Shown piece after piece: positions 56,856 through 61,116 of a stretch of 61,116 nucleotides of DNA. Source of the stretch: a virus. Its lineage: Duplodnaviria > Caudoviricetes. Under the pieces are notes generated by a model. The model worked only from the letters and a program-made list of their open reading frames with translations. It ran no database searches and had not been told where the DNA came from. A program made the position numbers and the translations under genes. The DNA is taken from the IMG/VR virus record IMGVR_UViG_3300030106_004626, positions 1 to 61,116 of that record, one strand, 5' to 3'. Position 1 is the stretch's first letter, and each line of letters starts with the position of its first letter.

Positions 56856-58146
56856 GGAGTGTGTGAAGGTTATCCAGACGCCGGTTGATCGAAGTCATAA
56901 CGTGTTCTTCAATAGAGTTCGTTGCAACTAAAACTTTCTGAACCGCATCGCTCTTGCCGCCGTTGCGGTGGATCCGCCCCAGCACTTGCTTGTAAACTTT
57001 GCAGTTGAATGTCGGAGAGATCAAAGAGGTTCGGGGTCTGTTGCCCACCGTGTCGTGAAGGGAGATGCCGGTCCCACCCGCCGCTGCATTCACCACAAGA
57101 CAGTGTGACTTGTCCTCCTGAAAGTCATCGATAACTTGCTGACGTTTGTCACCAGTCTGGCGACCGTCAATCCAATCACACTTGAGTCGGATACGGAGAG
57201 CGTCAACCGTGTCCTTGTAGTTGACAAAAAGAACAACGGACTTGCCACGGGCCATGAGGTCTTCCGCCATCTCGGCGAGGTCAACGACCTTAAATGATTC
57301 CGCCAACTGACGGGCAGCAGTGATGTTAGCCAGAACGTGATCTCTATCTGTGACCGTTCCCTTTTCGATAAACTCTTCCACAATCTGAGGTGTAATGCCT
57401 AGACTATCATAAGCCTTGATGATCTTCTTGTTCTCTCTGAACTCAATCGGGACAGTGAATATCCGGTTCAGCTTAAAAGATGCAGGGAAGTCATCGACGG
57501 TGAGGCGCATGGTGTTTGTGGAATACATCTCTGCTCGTAGCCGTGGAAGATGCGCGGGGTTTTCAAGCACCCATGAACCCCACTCGTTCTTGACGCACCC
57601 GTATTCCTTCATCCAAGGCCACCATCTCTTCAGACCAGCTACCTTCTGATCTCCAGAGTGGAGACCGAGAGCCATCCCGAGGGGGCGCATCTCGGTCGGG
57701 TCTTCACAGGAGGTCGCACTCATGCAGTGGACACTGAAGCCTTGCTTGATTAATGCTATGAACAAAGCCGCGTTCTGAGTAAACGGCCCCTTGCACTGGT
57801 GGACTTCATCGACAAGGAACAATGTGTCAGGGTCCATGTGCCATTTGAAGGACTTCTTGCCTACCTTGGTAAGGAACTGAGTCTTGCCCGTTCGCAACCG
57901 CTCAAGGTTCAGGATGAAGGTAGCAGTCAACCCCTGTTCTTCCAGCTCCCGTTCCCATGAGGGGATGACAGACTTAGGGCAAATGATCGCAACGGGCCGA
58001 CCAAGTTTCTTGGCCATGAGTATGGCCATGAGGGTCTTGCCAACTCCGGCATCAGACTGGTCACAGGTATTAAATCCGGCGGATTGCCTCCGGTGAAAGA
58101 AATCAATCGCCGAGCTTTGGATTTTGTAAGGCTTCTTTTTGCTCAT
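56845..58146 (-). CDS. SF2 (SNF2-like) helicase
   Basis: GVGKT, DEVH, SAT, GTGISL and QVLGRIHR motifs. Confidence 0.88.
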   Translation of the reverse strand: MSKKKPYKIQSSAIDFFHRRQSAGFNTCDQSDAGVGKTLMAILMAKKLGRPVAIICPKSVIPSWERELEEQGLTATFILNLERLRTGKTQFLTKVGKKSFKWHMDPDTLFLVDEVHQCKGPFTQNAALFIALIKQGFSVHCMSATSCEDPTEMRPLGMALGLHSGDQKVAGLKRWWPWMKEYGCVKNEWGSWVLENPAHLPRLRAEMYSTNTMRLTVDDFPASFKLNRIFTVPIEFRENKKIIKAYDSLGITPQIVEEFIEKGTVTDRDHVLANITAARQLAESFKVVDLAEMAEDLMARGKSVVLFVNYKDTVDALRIRLKCDWIDGRQTGDKRQQVIDDFQEDKSHCLVVNAAAGGTGISLHDTVGNRPRTSLISPTFNCKVYKQVLGRIHRNGGKSDAVQKVLVATNSIEEHVMTSINRRLDNLHTLHGV

Positions 58147-58291
58147 TTCAATACTGGCAGTATGGCCTAATGGGGCAGGATTACAAGAACTTTCTGGTAT
58201 TTTTTAAAGCGGTCGCCGCTCGGGTGTTTCATTAGGAACTAGCTAAACCCGTTGCAGGATCTCCCTGCATACCATGCCCGAGCGGCGAAAG

Positions 58292-58405
58292 CTATTTAGT
58301 AAGAAATTGCAACAGCGCAAACCCTACGTGGATAAAGAGGAATGTAGCTACGAAGGAAGTGAGCACGAGCGTAACCGTTTCGTAAACTGCTAATTCTTTT
58401 TTCAC
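58292..58405 (-). CDS. small membrane peptide
   Basis: GTG at 58405, 37 aa, one hydrophobic helix. Confidence 0.45.
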   Translation of the reverse strand: MKKELAVYETVTLVLTSFVATFLFIHVGFALLQFLTK

Positions 58406-58406
58406 G

Positions 58407-58568
58407 TTAAAGCGCGTGATCGAATTCAACTTTTTCTCTGACTTCCGATATCCGACATCCAAAAGAGAAGTCCAACTCGCCGTCTTCTTCAGCTCTCGTG
58501 AGTATCGACAAGATGAGACGGGCTTGCGTTTCATTATCGGTAGTGATGTTTAAGGTAGCTCCTTCCAT
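58407..58568 (-). CDS. hypothetical 53-aa protein (absent from the ORF track)
   Basis: MEGATLNITTDNETQARLILSIL...; tiles the gap exactly. Confidence 0.55.
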   Translation of the reverse strand: MEGATLNITTDNETQARLILSILTRAEEDGELDFSFGCRISEVREKVEFDHAL

Positions 58569-58583
58569 GGTTCAGGGATCGGG

Positions 58584-58739
58584 TTACATTTGTTTGAGCA
58601 GGTAGAGAATAGCGTCAATCCTCGGCTTGAGTCCTGCGCGTTCTTCGGCGATGGCTTCTAGTTCTTTCTGAATTACGTATCGGGTTGACCCTTTACGCAT
58701 GGCAGGAAACCAATGCCGAACATCAATTATCTTACTCAC
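58584..58739 (-). CDS. hypothetical 51-aa protein (absent from the ORF track)
   Basis: TGGACA-16-TATAAT-6nt-GTG; MSKIIDVRHWFPAMRKG... Confidence 0.6.
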   Translation of the reverse strand: MSKIIDVRHWFPAMRKGSTRYVIQKELEAIAEERAGLKPRIDAILYLLKQM

Positions 58740-58774
58740 AAAAGAATTATACATATTTCTAACAGAATGTCCAA

Positions 58775-59056
58775 TTACTTTTTGGCGAGCACTCCAGTCG
58801 CGTTAGCATGGGCGCTGCCGAACCGGAACTGCTCGGCGGTTGGACGCCGGACCCCGCTTGGTTTCTCGTCAGCAGTCTGAACTGCGAGCGTCCAGAAAGA
58901 AGCGCAGAAGTTCACGAGGCTTTTCTTATCGGTGCCTACATCAAAGGACACCACATCGTCGTTCGTTTCCTTGGCTGCTTTGTTGGCTGCTGCTTTTGTT
59001 CCAAAGAACTCGCGCCGCCACGGCTCTTGCTTACTTATCACTTGATATAATTTCAT
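58775..59056 (-). CDS. hypothetical protein
   Basis: 93 aa. Confidence 0.6.
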   Translation of the reverse strand: MKLYQVISKQEPWRREFFGTKAAANKAAKETNDDVVSFDVGTDKKSLVNFCASFWTLAVQTADEKPSGVRRPTAEQFRFGSAHANATGVLAKK

Positions 59057-59430
59057 GCGTTATTGTTAATTTTGTTTTTTCTTTTTAGTGGGCGGTCGTG
59101 CCCTTCCCAGTCGCCGCCTTTTTCAAGACGCTTCTTATAGATTCCACACAAATCAAGGTGACAACTTTCGATGTCAACCTCACCTGCGATACCTGCAATC
59201 CTAGTCCCTGCATAATCTCCCACACCATCAATAATTTCTCGGTAGGCAACGGTGTGATAGACATCGACTTGCGGATTTTCAATTTCCTTACCCATATACC
59301 TAGTGACCACATAAAAGTAGTCTCCTATCTTTGTCTTAAATATTATCTCATTCAGTTCCATTGCTTTTTCTGTGTTCATTATATTTCTCAACCATTTCGT
59401 CAGCCAGTCGCGCCATGTCTCCCATGGCAT
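59053..59430 (-). CDS. hypothetical protein
   Basis: ORF; true start is probably an internal Met. Confidence 0.55.
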   Translation of the reverse strand: MPWETWRDWLTKWLRNIMNTEKAMELNEIIFKTKIGDYFYVVTRYMGKEIENPQVDVYHTVAYREIIDGVGDYAGTRIAGIAGEVDIESCHLDLCGIYKKRLEKGGDWEGHDRPLKRKNKINNNA

Positions 59431-59671
59431 CGATGGCCTGTTGCCTGAACTCGTGGAACGTAGCGTGTTCTAGAACGTAAACGATCATCTTGCTCGCATC
59501 TTTCCAAGTAGCGCAGACTTCGATTTCCTCGGCCATTGCTTTTTCTGTAGCGTATAGGGTTGGTTTTTCGTCCATTATACTTTCTTTCCAAGTGTGACGG
59601 GGACTCGATCCCCGAAGTGAAACTTCCTTGTCCCGATGTCTGAGGGCTTGTGGTAACCGTAATCGAGCCAC
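59348..59671 (-). CDS. hypothetical protein
   Basis: Likely start MDEKPTL at about 59575, coupled to the vWA gene stop. Confidence 0.55.
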   Translation of the reverse strand: MARLRLPQALRHRDKEVSLRGSSPRHTWKESIMDEKPTLYATEKAMAEEIEVCATWKDASKMIVYVLEHATFHEFRQQAIDAMGDMARLADEMVEKYNEHRKSNGTE

Positions 59672-61017
59672 AGCACGGGCCAGTCAGGTGCAGTGAGCGA
59701 GTCCCAATGCTTCAGGGTGCAGTGTCCATCAGTAAGGAAGACCATCCCGTCAACCCATGGCACGTTCTCCTCAACCCACTCGAATGCAGGGGCGAAGCGA
59801 GTTCCACCACCACCACCGAGAAAGTCAGGCAGGGCCTCGCCAGCGTAGACCGTAGTAGTCTCGTGAACACGCACATCGATCGGGATCACATGGACTGCCT
59901 TGGGATTGAACTCATCGAGAACCTCCTGAATCTTGACGATCATCTCAGGTATCCGGTCGATGTTAGAGCCAGAGGTATCAACGGCAAAGGCCAGTTCAGC
60001 CGCAGCCATACTCCCGCGAGCGCGTTTTACCAGTCCCCTCCGGTTATATGTCCGATGGCAGAAAGGTCGGTTGAACCCCTTAGTGTCACGGTTGGTGAAC
60101 CAGTTACGGAGATGGGTATCCCATGCCACGGGGTCAGATGTTCTGGCTAGGTCGCGGTCCACCTTGGAACCAGCACCGGAGCCAAGAACTCCCTTGGTCT
60201 CATTCAAGCGGTCCTCGAAAGCTGCCTTCCGAGAAGACTCCTCATTAGCGGCATCGAACTCTTTCAGGGTCTCACCCTCATCCAGTTCAGGCTCGATGAA
60301 ATCGTTGTGCCCCCCACCGAACTCGCCGGAGGTAGCTGGCTCGCCGTCCACATCAGGAGCCGGAGCAGCAGCGTCACCGTCACCGTCACCGTCACCATCA
60401 GGAGCAGCAGCGTCCTCGTCAGAAGGATCGCCGTCACCAGACTCAGGCGGCGGGGTGGAGCCTATGATCGCAGGAGGAACAGGGTAGAGCTTGAGGAGCT
60501 TGTCCGCTAACTGCTCGGCGGAAATATCCTCCTGATCCTTATCGTAAAGTTTTTTTAAGTTAGTAAAGCACCCCTCGATCGGAGTCATAATGTCGAAGGG
60601 AATGATCCCCTGCCTCCGCATCTCCAGCTTGGCAGCTTCGTTCTCATCTTCCAGTTCGGCATTGATGACGAGATCGCCAGCAACATTACACGCATCCCAT
60701 GTCTGGTCTGGGTTGAGCCATGGGATAAAGATCCTCGCGCCATTGAAGGGCCGGAACCTAGCAGGGTGACAGTAAATGATATGCTTGTTCTCGTGACCAA
60801 CTACATACGCCGCCTCGGAAGGCTTGCGCTTGTTGATCTCTTCCTCGTTGTAATACCCGAACCGCCCATCGGTGCAAGCCAAGGGAACGTCTCGCGTTGA
60901 CTTAATCCCTCGGTAGCAAGGACGAGCAGTGAACCCGTTCCACTTGTGGAGGTCGCGGATGCCAACCTCAAGGGGGGATTTCCCCCTTGGGTCTAGTTCA
61001 ATGAATGATGACGGCAT
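59575..61017 (-). CDS. metallopeptidase + vWA domain protein (DUF2201-like)
   Basis: ACTDG, HENKH, NVAGD..IN; acidic linker; MIDAS VDTSGS, GGGT and FLTDG. Confidence 0.85.
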   Translation of the reverse strand: MPSSFIELDPRGKSPLEVGIRDLHKWNGFTARPCYRGIKSTRDVPLACTDGRFGYYNEEEINKRKPSEAAYVVGHENKHIIYCHPARFRPFNGARIFIPWLNPDQTWDACNVAGDLVINAELEDENEAAKLEMRRQGIIPFDIMTPIEGCFTNLKKLYDKDQEDISAEQLADKLLKLYPVPPAIIGSTPPPESGDGDPSDEDAAAPDGDGDGDGDAAAPAPDVDGEPATSGEFGGGHNDFIEPELDEGETLKEFDAANEESSRKAAFEDRLNETKGVLGSGAGSKVDRDLARTSDPVAWDTHLRNWFTNRDTKGFNRPFCHRTYNRRGLVKRARGSMAAAELAFAVDTSGSNIDRIPEMIVKIQEVLDEFNPKAVHVIPIDVRVHETTTVYAGEALPDFLGGGGGTRFAPAFEWVEENVPWVDGMVFLTDGHCTLKHWDSLTAPDWPVLWLDYGYHKPSDIGTRKFHFGDRVPVTLGKKV

Positions 61018-61116
61018 AGTTATAATGTAGGAAATGTTTTAGCAGGTTGCAAGACCTTTTAGAAATTATTTATCACAGCCCCGCAGCAGCCATCCGGTCG
61101 GAGAGATTCTCGTAGG
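60568..61116. repeat. Terminal direct repeat, copy 2
   Basis: Same sequence as 1-549; implies a unit genome length of 60,567 bp. Confidence 0.95.

Larger units (their letters stand above)
1..61116. mobile_element. Complete tailed bacteriophage genome (podovirus-like)
   Basis: Portal, capsid, TerL, PolA, amidase and large internal virion proteins are present; no tape measure or sheath gene; ends are redundant. Confidence 0.92.

Noticed and set aside
1-61116. tRNA genes, integrase, reverse transcriptase/DGR, alternative genetic code
   Set aside because: No cloverleaf, recombinase or RT motifs were noticed by eye, and genes tile densely under the standard code. tRNAscan and HMM searches would be needed to exclude them fully.

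Overview
The window is an apparently complete dsDNA tailed-phage genome of about 60.6 kb with podovirus-like organisation. Positions 1-549 recur at 60568-61116, which most likely reflects circular assembly overlap. Modules in order: a minus-strand early arm that wraps across the ends (AAA ATPase, DUF3150-like, metallopeptidase-vWA, DUF2958, P-loop kinase, SF2 helicase, many small ORFs); a non-coding strand-switch region (about 8100-8720); plus-strand portal, scaffold, capsid, tail and lysis genes; a minus-strand replication block (primase-helicase, PolA, SSB-like, Cas4-like nuclease, RuvC-like, putative TerS); then TerL and internal virion genes ending in a 4303-aa polyvalent protein. I saw no integrase, tRNA, CRISPR array or reverse transcriptase. 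The most notable observations are: (1) at least 13 genes each have their own sigma70-like promoter with the start codon 5-7 nt after the -10 box, suggesting a leaderless-mRNA programme with repeated terminator-promoter cassettes; (2) the giant protein's domains are punctuated by a recurring LxSG(I/V) motif, suggesting a processed polyprotein; (3) a duplicated structured motif lies in the capsid 5' UTR; (4) a small type IV prepilin-like ORF sits near a lipoprotein gene. All family assignments come from motif recognition by eye, not database searches.
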